DNA of 64,000 bases from an uncultured Chloroflexia bacterium (lineage in GTDB: Bacteria > Chloroflexota > Limnocylindria > Limnocylindrales > CSP1-4): the NCBI GenBank assembly GCA_963713975.1, contig OY970218.1, positions 800,001-864,000 of the forward strand, in the 5' to 3' direction. Below the pieces are notes generated by a model that was given only the letters and a program-made list of their open reading frames with translations, had not been told where the DNA came from and made no database searches. Below are positions 1-10,119 of this stretch, one piece after another; the first letter of the stretch is position 1; each line of letters opens with the position of its first letter. A program made the position numbers and the translations under genes.

Positions 1-279
1 ACACCCTGTGACCGACGCACCAAGGGATCTGGAGCGAACCGGTCACGAACGATCCGGGCGTGTCGGACGTCCGTCGCGGGTTCGCGACATCACAAAGCCG
101 ACGGCGAGCCCGTTGCGCAGGTCGGGCCACGGTGCAGGTCGGGGCGCGCGCTGTCAAGACCCTGGACTTCGTCATGTATTTTGGACTTCGCGAGCGGTGA
201 AGGAGATTGTCTGGGCGCGAGGTCGTGGTTCCGCAGTATCGTCGTCATCCGCCTCGACGCTGCGGCCGGCGAGCGGTGT

Positions 280-1317
280 CTACTGGGTATCGGCCCCGAT
301 ACGGACGACTCGACCCTGGATGGCGCTGGCCCGAGCGGCGTCGAGCACCTCGAGCGTGCGGATGGCCTCCGCGGCGGGCACGGGGTAAGCGCCCTCGCCT
401 CGGAACGCGGCGGCGAACTGCGAGTAGTAGTCCTGGTAGGCGCCGCGCTCGGACGGCACACGGACTGCGCCGTTCGCGGTGTGCAGCGTGCCCCAGTGTG
501 ACTCGGGCTCGTATCCCCAGGCCTCGCCCTCGATGGCCGGTCGGCGCCCCGCGAAGATCGCCGCGGTCTGGGCATCGGAGCTCCGACCGACGTACGACCC
601 GGCGCTGCCATACGCGCGCAGCTCCTTCTCTACGTTGCGGTTGAGCTTGGTCGCGCTCGCCCGTGAGCGCACGCCGCTCTCGTGGACCAGCGCGATGCCA
701 AGGCCGACGTCGGTCCGACCCTCGGACAGGTCCACCCAGTCGAGGTCGGCGTACACGGTGCGGATGGGACCCAGCAGCCATAGCAGCTGGTCCACGAGGT
801 GGGCCCCGAGGTCGCGTAGCAGCCCGCCGTGCGGCCCGGCGTCCAACCCGCCCGGTTGGTCCAGGTCGAACCGCGACTCGACACGCCAGATGTCCCCGAG
901 GTCGCCCCGTCCGAGGATGGCCGCCAGCGTGCGGATGTCCGCGTCCCAACGGCGGTTCTGGTACGCGCAGAGCGCGACGCCGGCGGCGCGGGCGGCGTCG
1001 TCGAGCTCGCGCCCACCGGCCGCATCCGGTGCGAAGGGCTTGTCGGCGATGACGTTGACCCCTGCAGCGACGGCGGCCAGGACGAGCTCACGGCGCGTCG
1101 CGGGCGGCGTGGTGATCGTGACCGCATCGACCCCCGAGGCCAGGAGGTCGTCCAGGGAATCGAAGGCGGGCAGGCCGGGATAGTCGCTCGCCAGCTCAGC
1201 CCGCCGTCCGGCAGACCGCGTGACGACACCGACGAGCTCGACATCGCGGGCAGCGCTGATGTACGGGGCGTGGAAGTTGCGTCCACCGTTGCCATACCCC
1301 ACGAGGCCGAGTCGCAT
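280..1317 (-). CDS. Gfo/Idh/MocA family NAD(P)-dependent oxidoreductase
   Basis: MRLGLVGYGNGG Rossmann motif, ADKPFA and YQNRRWD motifs, DLGAHLVD; GGAGG RBS before ATG at 1317. Confidence 0.92.
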   Translation of the reverse strand: MRLGLVGYGNGGRNFHAPYISAARDVELVGVVTRSAGRRAELASDYPGLPAFDSLDDLLASGVDAVTITTPPATRRELVLAAVAAGVNVIADKPFAPDAAGGRELDDAARAAGVALCAYQNRRWDADIRTLAAILGRGDLGDIWRVESRFDLDQPGGLDAGPHGGLLRDLGAHLVDQLLWLLGPIRTVYADLDWVDLSEGRTDVGLGIALVHESGVRSRASATKLNRNVEKELRAYGSAGSYVGRSSDAQTAAIFAGRRPAIEGEAWGYEPESHWGTLHTANGAVRVPSERGAYQDYYSQFAAAFRGEGAYPVPAAEAIRTLEVLDAARASAIQGRVVRIGADTQ

Positions 1318-1467
1318 CGTCGCGTCCCTCCAGTCCGGCGATCGAGGCCCGGCCGTCAGCCCGCACCCTGCCGTCATGGCGAGCCTACGTCAGGCACGAG
1401 ATCGCGGCCCGTGTGCGTCGGACGCACGCCGCGCGCGGCAGAGGTCACGGAGAGGTCAACCGCCATG

Positions 1468-1505
1468 TCCACGGAGCCTTCACGCCGTGTCCATCGACGC
1501 TCCAC
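1468..1505. promoter_or_regulatory. Four TYCAY boxes at exact 11-bp spacing, candidate OmpR/PhoB-type operator
   Basis: TCCAC 1468, TTCAC 1479, TCCAT 1490, TCCAC 1501 in a divergent intergenic region. Confidence 0.5.
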
Positions 1506-1581
1506 GCCGACAAGGTCAACTCGGACGTGATCAATTCGCCAACGAGCGGATCGCCGCTCGACGCTGAAGGATGCTCGTCCC

Positions 1582-2448
1582 ATGTCTGCTCAGGCTTCCA
1601 CCCGGTCCTCGCTCACCAGAAGCGGCAGGCGCACGGTCGTCCTGCTTGCCGCCGGTCTTGCCACGTCCCTTGCCCTGGGTGCCTGCTCGCCCGGAGCGGT
1701 CACAAGCGACGCCGACGCCGCCCTGACCGGCGGCGGGCACGGGCTCGCGGGTGACGGGTCCGGTGACGGCAACGGCGGGAACGGGACCGGCTACGGCGGC
1801 GGCGGCCGATACGGCGGCGATGGCGGTGGCGGCAATGGCGGCTACGGCAGCGGGTCCGGGGGCATCGAGGCGCGGGGCTCAGGTGAGAGCGGCGACATCT
1901 CGCTCCGCATCGCCGACATGCCGGTCGCCACGCTGACCGCCGAGGAGATCGACGGCCTCGTGTGGATGCGCGAAGAGGAGAAGCTGGCTCACGACGTGTA
2001 CGTGGCACTCGGGGAGACCTGGGGCAGCCGCGTCTTCGAGAACATCGCCGGCGCTGAGACAACCCACACGGAGGCCGTCAAGACCCTCCTTGATCGCTAC
2101 GGGATCACCGACCCGGCCGCGGGCCGGCCGGCCGGGGAGTTCACGAACCCGGACCTCCAGGCGCTGTACACCGACCTCGTGGCCCGTGGGCGGACGTCGC
2201 TTGTCGACGCCTTCACGGTGGGGGCCCTGATCGAGGACCTCGACATCAGTGACCTGCGCACGCGGGCGACCGGCACCGCCGACATCGCCCTGGTCTATGC
2301 GGACCTGGAGCACGGGTCGGAGAACCACCTGCGCGCCTTCACCAGGAACCTGGACCGCCAGGGAGTCTCGTACACGCCGACTTACATCTCGGCAGACGAG
2401 TTCGAGACGATCATCGGCTCGCCGATCGGGCAGGGCCGGTCCGGCTGA
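1582..2448 (+). CDS. DUF2202-family ferritin-like protein, probable lipoprotein with Gly-rich linker
   Basis: MREEEKLAHDVY, IEDLDI and GSENHLRAF ferritin-like motifs; RR plus hydrophobic stretch plus LGAC lipobox. Confidence 0.85.
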   Translation: MSAQASTRSSLTRSGRRTVVLLAAGLATSLALGACSPGAVTSDADAALTGGGHGLAGDGSGDGNGGNGTGYGGGGRYGGDGGGGNGGYGSGSGGIEARGSGESGDISLRIADMPVATLTAEEIDGLVWMREEEKLAHDVYVALGETWGSRVFENIAGAETTHTEAVKTLLDRYGITDPAAGRPAGEFTNPDLQALYTDLVARGRTSLVDAFTVGALIEDLDISDLRTRATGTADIALVYADLEHGSENHLRAFTRNLDRQGVSYTPTYISADEFETIIGSPIGQGRSG

Positions 2449-2491
2449 CGTCGGACGCCACGTCGGTCACCAGTACTCCGGAGCAACGACC

Positions 2492-3133
2492 ATGACAGCG
2501 ATCCCGTTCACCACCTCCCCGCCTCCCACGACCCCTCGGGCGAAGACGATTTACTACGTGCGATCGGTCGTCGCCCTGGCGATGATCACCAGCTGGACCG
2601 TGGCCGGCCTCAGCGGCCTCGCCCTCTGGTCGGCGGCGGATGGATGGCGCGCAGACCTGCTGCCCGCACTCGTCGGGCTGACCAAGCACGCCTGGTCCGA
2701 CATCCACGTCGTGGCCTCGTTCCTCGCGATCGCCCTCACGATCACCCACGTGACGGTGATGCGACGCGGGGTCATCTCCTACGCGCGGCTGGCCCTGACC
2801 GGGCGCCGCAGCCCCGGCCGGAGCGTGAGCCGGCGCCCGAAGGCGATCGTCTACATCCGAGCGTTTGCCGTGGTGGCGATGGTCGTCCTCGTCCCGGTGG
2901 TCATGGCCAGCGGCGTCATCCCGTGGCTTGCGGCCGACGGCCGGCGTGCCGGCCAGCAGGTCCTGCTCTTTGCCGTGACGAAGCACGAGTGGTCGGACAT
3001 CCACACCGCCGTCGCGGCGGCCGTGGCCCTGATCGCGGTGACCCACGTCGTCGTCGTCCGGGCCGGACTCGTGGCCGACGTTCGCCTGCTCGCCACGGGC
3101 CGGCGCAGCGCTCCCCGGGCTGCGCGCCGCTGA
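2492..3133 (+). CDS. Membrane protein with two tandem DUF4405-like (cytochrome b-like) repeats
   Basis: Two copies of SG-xx-W...TKHxWSDIH...THV; GGAG RBS. Confidence 0.75.
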   Translation: MTAIPFTTSPPPTTPRAKTIYYVRSVVALAMITSWTVAGLSGLALWSAADGWRADLLPALVGLTKHAWSDIHVVASFLAIALTITHVTVMRRGVISYARLALTGRRSPGRSVSRRPKAIVYIRAFAVVAMVVLVPVVMASGVIPWLAADGRRAGQQVLLFAVTKHEWSDIHTAVAAAVALIAVTHVVVVRAGLVADVRLLATGRRSAPRAARR

Positions 3134-3207
3134 CCGCGGCGGCCGCAGGACAAATGCCCCGATCGTCTGACCGACCGACGACGATCGAGCCCTGGGCCGC
3201 CTCTGCC

Positions 3208-3681
3208 CTACCCCTCCTCGGCCAGGAGGACAACGAGGCGGTCGATGAAGGCGGCCTGTGGGGCCTTGATCCTGATCCGGGCCGCAGCGGGATCGAACCA
3301 GCCCACCCGGTCCACCTCGGGGGCTTCGACCATCCGGCCGGAACCCACGGGCCACTCCGCGACGAAGGTGTTGCTCGTCGCCCCGGCGGGATCGAGATCA
3401 CCGTCGGCGGCCCAGCCATGGACGTGCTTGCCGCCCTTCTGGACGATCTCGCCGAGCGGGATCAGCTCCGTGGAGCCAAGGCGGTGGCCGGTCTCCTCCT
3501 CGAGCTCGCGTCGCGCCACGGCCTCGAGCACCTCGCCCGGTTCGACCTCGCCCTTGGGGATGGACCAGTAGCCCGCGTCCCTGGTCGCGAACCGCGGGCC
3601 GCCAGGGTGGGCAAGGAGCACCTCCAGGCCGCCGCCAGTCCGGCGAAACAGGAGGATCCCGGCGCTAGTGCGTTCGGTCAT
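3208..3681 (-). CDS. NUDIX hydrolase
   Basis: SAGILLFR, LAHPGGP and the Nudix box WSIPKGEVEPGE...ARRELEEETG. Confidence 0.92.
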   Translation of the reverse strand: MTERTSAGILLFRRTGGGLEVLLAHPGGPRFATRDAGYWSIPKGEVEPGEVLEAVARRELEEETGHRLGSTELIPLGEIVQKGGKHVHGWAADGDLDPAGATSNTFVAEWPVGSGRMVEAPEVDRVGWFDPAAARIRIKAPQAAFIDRLVVLLAEEG

Positions 3682-3832
3682 CGTCCCGATGAGGCGCCGG
3701 GTCCGCCGCTCGCGGTTCGGGCGTCTCGAGCCGCCGGGCGGCCCCGCCATCGGCGAGCGCGAACTCGCAGTCGTCCGGGCGGAGGAGACACGTCCCTCGC
3801 TCGCGGTCGTAGCCGGGGCAGTCCTCGGTCAT
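3665..3832 (-). CDS. Small Cys-containing hypothetical protein (start uncertain)
   Basis: MTEDCPGYDRERGTCLLRPDDCEF; co-oriented with neighbours and overlapping the NUDIX start. Confidence 0.5.
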   Translation of the reverse strand: MTEDCPGYDRERGTCLLRPDDCEFALADGGAARRLETPEPRAADPAPHRDDDRTH

Positions 3833-3918
3833 GAGGCACTCGTCCAGCCTGGTCAAACGATCCACTCGAGCGATCTCCAGCGACAACATGGAGCGGGCCG
3901 CGGGCCCGCCTGGTGGGC

Positions 3919-4152
3919 TCAGTCTGCCTCGCCGGTCCGCCACCGGTGGCCGCAGAACCCGCAGGACGGCTTGCCGGGCGCCTGGGCCACGCCGCACATG
4001 GCGCACGTGTGCCAGTCGGCCCTCGGCTCGGGCAGGCAGTTGCAGGGGCCGCTGGCAAGCGTGCTCGCCTCGGGCGTCGGCTCGGGAGAGCACGGGCCGT
4101 CGCCATGTGGCTCCTCACCACAGGACCGGCAGGTTCCCGGTTGGACGGTCAT
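3919..4152 (-). CDS. Small Cys-rich zinc-ribbon-like protein
   Basis: CRSC, CNC, CAMC and CGFC motifs in 77 aa; AGGAG RBS. Confidence 0.7.
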   Translation of the reverse strand: MTVQPGTCRSCGEEPHGDGPCSPEPTPEASTLASGPCNCLPEPRADWHTCAMCGVAQAPGKPSCGFCGHRWRTGEAD

Positions 4153-4450
4153 CGCTCTATCTCCTGGCAGGCCGGCACCAGCACCCCTGCCGTCCGCTCA
4201 CCCCGTGGAAGGGGTGCCCCCCGGTGCCTCCAGCATAGCCCCGGGCCACGAGGCGCCGCGCCGCCCGGGTGGCACGTAGGCCTATCGACGCCTCCGGATG
4301 GGCGAATCGGGCGGTGGACGGACGGGGCCATTGCGCCGAGGGTGAGAGGGATCCCCGGACCCCCGGGGCATCACCATGGCGCGCGGGCGTGCGCCGTCAC
4401 CACGGACCCCCCAGCCGCAGGTCGCCCGCCGCGGCCACGACCAGGACTCC

Positions 4451-6451
4451 ATGACCGCTGTCCATCGTCCGCGCATCGTGCGGGCCATCCTCGCCGCCGC
4501 GATCCTGATCAGCCTTGTCGCCGGCACGACGAATGCCGGTGTGCCGCATGCGAGGCGCTACCACCCCGGCGGCAAGATCACGCTGGACACCAACCTGCGG
4601 TCGAGGAGCGGGGTCTCGGCCTGGGCCATCGACGAGTATCTCAAGGCGCATACGCCGCTGCCGCCGCTCGGGACCGCCTTCCTCGCTGCGGAGCGGAAGT
4701 ACAAGGTGAACGCGCGGTTCCTCCTGGCGGCCGCGCTCCACGAGTCGGGCTGGGGCTCCAGCTACATCTCGCGCGTCAAGCACAACCTGTTCGGCCTCAA
4801 CGCCTACGACCGCGACCCGTTCCGCTATGCCAGTGCCCACGCCTCGTACGCCGCGGGCATCAAGGCGACAGCGAAGTTCATCAGGGATTCGTACCTGACG
4901 CCGGGTGGCCGCTGGTGGGGCGGCCAGCCGACGCTCCGGAGCATGCAGCAGTACTGGTCTTCGTCCGGGCGCTGGGGGGAGGCCGTGAGCCGGATCGCGA
5001 GCTCGCTGCGCCTCGGCTCCCTGGCCCGTCGGAAGATCGACTTCGCTGCCCCCGTCGCGACCGGCCTGGTGCACGGCGCCGAGCGGACTTCGGTCCGGCT
5101 CGCATGGTCCGGCGGCGCCATCCCCGCAGGGATCTCGTTCGTCGCGACCTGGCGCCCGATCGAGTTGGACTCGGCGCTCACCCCCGCCACGATGTCGAGT
5201 CCGGCCAGCCTGGACCCGGGCGTCGCCGGCGCCATGGCGGCCTCGGCGTCACGCGCAACCGTTGGAAGCGGGTCGTCCGCCACGCCGCCATCCGTGACCG
5301 TCCCGGGGACGAGCGCACCCAGGACCGTCGTGGCACGCAGGATCCGGACCGGCGCCCACTCCATCACCCTCGCGGTGACAGCACCGCGTGAACCGGGGCG
5401 GTACGCGCTTCACGTCGAGATGAGAGACACCGGGCGGGGCACGCTGCCGGCTCGCGAGCGAGTCCGCATCCCGGGTGTCGAGGTCCGCGTCTTTGGCAAG
5501 CGTGCGGTGAGCTTCGACGTGGAGCCCAGCGCCGACGGCACCGGCGCCATCGTCCGGATCACGAACGCCGGGCTGGTCACGATCCCGGGGATCCCGAGCC
5601 TGGGCCTGTCCGCAGCCAGCTACGCCGCGGAGGCCGCGCGTTCGATCGTCACCGTGACCGCGTCGACCGGCGATCCGGCCGACCGGTCGCCGGTCGACCT
5701 CATCGCCTCGCCGCTGGCCGCCGACCTGAAGCCGGGGGCATCGATCACGGTCAACGTTCCGGGCATCGAGACGACCACCGGTCGGAAGACGAACTGGCTG
5801 TCCGTCGGCTTGGCCGTGGCCGGCGACCACGGCTGGCTCCCGACTTCCTCGACGCGAGGGGTCTGGTTCTCCACACACTCCACACCGGGGGCGGGCACGG
5901 CCGCGATCGCAACGCCCGCGCCAACGACAAAGCCGACACCGGCGGCGACGCCGACTCCCACACCGAAGCCGACTCCTACGCCCGTGTCGAAGCCGAAGCC
6001 CACCCCAACGCCCAAGCCGGCGGCGACATCCACGCCGAAGCCGACTCCCAAGCCGACTCCAAAGCCCAAGCCGAAGAAGGTCACCAGGACCTACTCGGAG
6101 CACAGCGGCGCCATCATCTATCGCGGCGGCTGGGGCGACGCACCCTATCGCGGCTACATCGGCGGCAACGTCGCGTGGTCGACCACCCCCGGCGCGACGG
6201 CGACGTTGACGTTCACCGGCTCCTCGGTCCGCTGGATCGGTCCGAAGGGGCCCACGCGGGGAACCGTCCTCGTCCTCCTCGACGGGCGAGCCATCGCCCG
6301 CGTCAGCATGTGGGAATCGTCCTTCGTGCCGAGATCCGTGCTCTTCCAGCGCTCGTTCCGCGCGTCCGGACGGCACACCCTCACGATCAAGGTGCTCCGG
6401 TCTCCTGGGCGTCAGTACGTCGCCATCGACGGGTTCACCGTCAGGTCCTGA
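4451..6451 (+). CDS. Secreted glucosaminidase-domain (GH73-like) peptidoglycan hydrolase with Pro/Thr/Lys linker and C-terminal beta-sandwich domain
   Basis: Signal peptide; AALHESGWG and HNLFGLNAYD motifs; PTPKP repeats; C-terminal ATLTFTGSSVRWIG...HTLTIKV. Confidence 0.85.
   Translation: MTAVHRPRIVRAILAAAILISLVAGTTNAGVPHARRYHPGGKITLDTNLRSRSGVSAWAIDEYLKAHTPLPPLGTAFLAAERKYKVNARFLLAAALHESGWGSSYISRVKHNLFGLNAYDRDPFRYASAHASYAAGIKATAKFIRDSYLTPGGRWWGGQPTLRSMQQYWSSSGRWGEAVSRIASSLRLGSLARRKIDFAAPVATGLVHGAERTSVRLAWSGGAIPAGISFVATWRPIELDSALTPATMSSPASLDPGVAGAMAASASRATVGSGSSATPPSVTVPGTSAPRTVVARRIRTGAHSITLAVTAPREPGRYALHVEMRDTGRGTLPARERVRIPGVEVRVFGKRAVSFDVEPSADGTGAIVRITNAGLVTIPGIPSLGLSAASYAAEAARSIVTVTASTGDPADRSPVDLIASPLAADLKPGASITVNVPGIETTTGRKTNWLSVGLAVAGDHGWLPTSSTRGVWFSTHSTPGAGTAAIATPAPTTKPTPAATPTPTPKPTPTPVSKPKPTPTPKPAATSTPKPTPKPTPKPKPKKVTRTYSEHSGAIIYRGGWGDAPYRGYIGGNVAWSTTPGATATLTFTGSSVRWIGPKGPTRGTVLVLLDGRAIARVSMWESSFVPRSVLFQRSFRASGRHTLTIKVLRSPGRQYVAIDGFTVRS
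5911..6072 (+). repeat. Coding low-complexity Pro/Thr/Lys linker repeats
   Basis: TPAPTTKPTPAATPTPTPKPTP... within the glucosaminidase. Confidence 0.85.
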
Positions 6452-6485
6452 ACCCAGGTTCGGGCCCGCATCGGCCAGCGAGACG

Positions 6486-7310
6486 CTACTCCGGCAGCGG
6501 TCCGATGACGGCCAGCCACGGGTGCACCAGCAGGTCGAAGGTTGGCGGCGGGATGAGCGTGCGGTAGCGCATCGCCATCCAGACGTTCCAGAGCGCGACC
6601 AGGCCGCGCCGCGCGGCCTCGCCACTGCGGTCGATCGCCTCCGCTGCCCGCGATTCCTCGGGTCGCGTCCTGGGCTTCCAGTCGCCAAGCCATGCGGCGA
6701 TGCCCTGCGGCTTCGGGACAGGCTCGCCCGTCCGCAGGTCTCGCCCGGCGAGGATGCCGCCGACCGTGATCTCGAGCTCCGCGAACTCCTCCAACATCGT
6801 CTCGAGCTCGGGGCGTGGTACGCGCACGCCATCGGTCCAGGTGATGCCGAAGCCGCGGCCGATGTCGGACGGCGAGCCCGCTGCAAGCATGTCCCCAACC
6901 ACCAGCCCTAGCCGCGAGATCTCGTCGGGCGCCAACCTGGCGGCCCACCCGAATACCACCTCCGGCCCTGCGGTCGTCCGCGCCGATGCCGACAGTGCCG
7001 CCGCCCGGGCGAGCAGCGCAGAGGAGACCGGGATCGAGCGTGTCCCTTGCGTGGGGTCGGCGCCGGCAGCGCTGTCACCGTCATCCTCGAGCGATCCCTG
7101 TGTGGCCTCCCGGGCCTCGATCATCGCGAGGAGGGTCCGTGCCCGTTCGGGACGCTCCAGGCCGAGCCGCATGCCGACGCTGAGCCAGCGAGAGTCAATC
7201 GCCTCAAGCCCGTCGGCTCGATTCCCGCCCGGGAGATCCTCGAGCGCCTCGGCCAGGGCGGCGTCGATCGCTCGTCCATCGTCAAGCCTGTCGCCGCCAT
7301 CGGTCGGCAT
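6486..7310 (-). CDS. Hypothetical protein
   Basis: Protein-like composition; GAGGAG RBS before ATG at 7310; no family recognised. Confidence 0.7.
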   Translation of the reverse strand: MPTDGGDRLDDGRAIDAALAEALEDLPGGNRADGLEAIDSRWLSVGMRLGLERPERARTLLAMIEAREATQGSLEDDGDSAAGADPTQGTRSIPVSSALLARAAALSASARTTAGPEVVFGWAARLAPDEISRLGLVVGDMLAAGSPSDIGRGFGITWTDGVRVPRPELETMLEEFAELEITVGGILAGRDLRTGEPVPKPQGIAAWLGDWKPRTRPEESRAAEAIDRSGEAARRGLVALWNVWMAMRYRTLIPPPTFDLLVHPWLAVIGPLPE

Positions 7311-7509
7311 CGAACGCCTGCTCCTCTGGTCAGAGGTGGTCAGCACCGAGCATACGTCGATGCCGCCTGCGGTCGACCACCGATCGGAGCATCACGTCCG
7401 ACCGCCAGAGCCAGGCCAGGCATCGCGGTGACCGATCTGCCGAGGGCAACGAGGCTGAGCACCGGCAGCGGGTGCATCCCGGTGTGTGGTGGCGTGGCCA
7501 CGGTCCCAC

Positions 7510-8664
7510 TCAGCCGAGGATGGGCTCGACCGGGTACGGGAACAGGATCTCGCCCCCTTCGGGCGTCACCCGATACACGTCCTCGTGGCGGACTCCGCCA
7601 AAGCCCGGGATGGCCAGGATCGTGTGCCCGATCGTGACCGTCATGCCCTCCCGCAGCGGGATGTTCCGGTGCGGCGGGATGATCGTGGAGGCCGGCGTCT
7701 CCTCGAACCGGAGCCCGATCCCATGGCCGATCCCGTTGACGTGGTGCGAATCCAGCCCTCGTTCACGGAGGACCTCCTTCGATCGCGCGTCCAGCCTGGC
7801 GACGGTGGCGCCCGGTCGCATGGCTTCCCGCACGGCGGGGATCAGCGCCGCGTACGCGTCCAGCAGCGAGCGCTGCTGCACATCTGGCGTGCCCAGGACG
7901 AACGTCCGGGCCAGGTTCGCGCAGTAGCCGTCCACCATCGGCGTCAGGTCGATCACGACCAGGTCGCCGGTGCGCACGGGTTTCGGGCTCAGCCAGCCGT
8001 GGAGCATGCACGTCTCGCGGCCAACGTTCACGTAAACCGGGGTGCTGGTCCGCGCGGCGCCGGCGCGCATCATCACGTACAGCACCTCGGTAGCGATGTC
8101 GTGGGCCATCGCTCCATCGCCCAGAAGCTCGCGCGCACGGTCCATCCCGATGGTGGCGATCCGCTGGGCCTCGGTCATGGCGGCGATCTCAGCGGGCTCC
8201 TTCACGCCACGCAGCGGGTCCATGATCGGGTCCGAGGACACGAGCTCGACCCCCGGGTTGACCTTGCGGAACATGTCCACCAGGAATGCCGGTGTGTCGA
8301 ACCACTGCTGCATCGCAACCCGGAGGCGCGCGTCGGGACTCGCAGCGGCCTCGCCTCGCTCCGCAGCCATTGCACGCATCTGGGTGACCACGTCGTTGAT
8401 CTGGCCGCCGACCGACCCCCAGACCATGACCGGTCCGCCGCCCATGAGCTCCCGGAGCTCCGCCTCCTCCGCCCTGAACGCCACCAGGGCCGGGGCACCC
8501 GTCGCCGGGATGACTGCCCGGGGCTGCGCGCGGTCGAAGCCGAAGAACCAGCGGTAGTCGTCGTGGTTCATGACGACGATCGCGGCGATGCCCTGCTCGC
8601 GCATCAGCGCCTGGGCGCGCTCGATGCGGTCGACACGCACGGGGGAAGGCGCTGGATCGTTCAT
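7510..8664 (-). CDS. M24 family Xaa-Pro aminopeptidase
   Basis: Creatinase-like N domain; LHG, IDL, GIGHGIGL..EETP and GGVRHEDV motifs. Confidence 0.9.
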   Translation of the reverse strand: MNDPAPSPVRVDRIERAQALMREQGIAAIVVMNHDDYRWFFGFDRAQPRAVIPATGAPALVAFRAEEAELRELMGGGPVMVWGSVGGQINDVVTQMRAMAAERGEAAASPDARLRVAMQQWFDTPAFLVDMFRKVNPGVELVSSDPIMDPLRGVKEPAEIAAMTEAQRIATIGMDRARELLGDGAMAHDIATEVLYVMMRAGAARTSTPVYVNVGRETCMLHGWLSPKPVRTGDLVVIDLTPMVDGYCANLARTFVLGTPDVQQRSLLDAYAALIPAVREAMRPGATVARLDARSKEVLRERGLDSHHVNGIGHGIGLRFEETPASTIIPPHRNIPLREGMTVTIGHTILAIPGFGGVRHEDVYRVTPEGGEILFPYPVEPILG

Positions 8665-8886
8665 GCGGTCATGGTGCCACGGGGCGGAGAACCGCACCTG
8701 CGGGGCGACATACCCGACCGGCACGCCGAACACATGCACCAGGCAGGTGCCTTTCGCCTTCATGGTCGCCCTGTCCGCGCCGGTCGTGGTCTGGCTGTCG
8801 CGTTGGAGCGGGCGCCACCGGGTCGGGCTCGCCTAGACTCCCGGCACGCCAGCGCCGGCAGCCGTCGCGGATCCAAGGAGGGACCG

Positions 8887-10053
8887 ATGTCGATGACACC
8901 TCGCGAGCGCGTGCTCGCGACCCTCGCCCACGAGGTCCCCGATCGCGTGCCGATCGTGCTGGGACCCAGCAACGCAACCGGCATCAAGATGGGCACCTAC
9001 CGGCGGGTCAAGGCCCTCGCGGGGATCGAGGCCCCCGACGAGTACCTGTACGACTGGCCGGAGCTGGGTACCGCAAAGCTCGACGAGGCGACGCACCAGC
9101 GGCTCCACGCCGATGTCGTCGGCGTCCTGGACCACCCCCCGGCCCACGTCCGCGAGCGCAATGCGAGACGCGAGCCCCTGTCCCCGATGATCGACGACTG
9201 GGGGAGCGGCCAGATCTACGCCGGCCCCGAGGACTGGTTCCCCGGCGTCCATCCCCTCGCCGACGCGTACACGCTCGAGGAGATCGAGGCGTATCCCTGG
9301 CCCGACATGACCGATCCGACCCGGTTCGAGGGCGTGCGCGCCAGGGCCCAGCGGCTGCGCGACGAGAACCGCTACGCGGTGATGGGCACGCCGTGGCTCG
9401 CATTCCCGCTCGAGCGCGCGTTCGCCATGCAGGGGACCGCCAACTTCCTGGCCAACCTCGCGGGCGAGCCCGAGTTCGCCGAGGCGCTGCTGTGGAAGAC
9501 GCAGTCGCTGTGCAAGACGCTCATGGACCGCTTCCTGCGCGAGTGCGGCGACCTCATCGACATGGTCAAGATCGGCGATGACCTCGGGTCCCAGGTGGGG
9601 TTGCTGATGTCACCTGCCATGTACAGGCGCATCCTCAAGCCGATCCACGCGGACCTGATCGCGTTCATCCGGGAGCGGACGAGGGCGCCGATCGTGTTCC
9701 ACACCGACGGCGACGTGTACGAGCTGCTGGGCGACTTCATCGAGATCGGGGTGGACGTGCTCAACCCAGTCCAGGCCTCGGCCGGCGGGATGAGCGACTT
9801 CGCGGGGCTCAAGCGCCGCTTCGGCGACAACCTGGTGTTCTGCGGCGGGATGGACACCCACCACGTCCTGCCCAACGGCACGCCCGATGACGTCCGGGCC
9901 GAGGTGAAGCGGGTCATCGGGACGCTGGGCGACGGCGGCGGCTACATGCTGGGCGCCGTCCACACGGTCATGAACGACGTGCCTCCCGAGAACGTGCTGG
10001 CGATGGTGGATGCGGTCGAGGAGTACGGGCACTATCCGCTCCGCACCGGGTGA
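8887..10053 (+). CDS. Uroporphyrinogen decarboxylase family protein (MtaA/CmuA-like)
   Basis: MTPRERV...PDRVP, GDDLGSQ, FHTDG, CGGMDT, VPPENV motifs; AAGGAGG RBS. Confidence 0.9.
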   Translation: MSMTPRERVLATLAHEVPDRVPIVLGPSNATGIKMGTYRRVKALAGIEAPDEYLYDWPELGTAKLDEATHQRLHADVVGVLDHPPAHVRERNARREPLSPMIDDWGSGQIYAGPEDWFPGVHPLADAYTLEEIEAYPWPDMTDPTRFEGVRARAQRLRDENRYAVMGTPWLAFPLERAFAMQGTANFLANLAGEPEFAEALLWKTQSLCKTLMDRFLRECGDLIDMVKIGDDLGSQVGLLMSPAMYRRILKPIHADLIAFIRERTRAPIVFHTDGDVYELLGDFIEIGVDVLNPVQASAGGMSDFAGLKRRFGDNLVFCGGMDTHHVLPNGTPDDVRAEVKRVIGTLGDGGGYMLGAVHTVMNDVPPENVLAMVDAVEEYGHYPLRTG

Positions 10054-10119
10054 CGCCAACGTCGCCCGGCCGTGATGGCGCGGGCGGCGTTGGCGGAGGA
10101 GAGGAGACGCCTCTGCGGA

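Noticed and set aside
137-146. GGTCGGGGCG as a possible further att core
   Set aside because: Only 10 of 16 bases match and the conserved downstream arm is absent.
4160-4450. c-di-AMP (ydaO) riboswitch upstream of the glucosaminidase
   Set aside because: The conserved GCTGAATCC and CCCGTCAGCTAAC blocks are absent.
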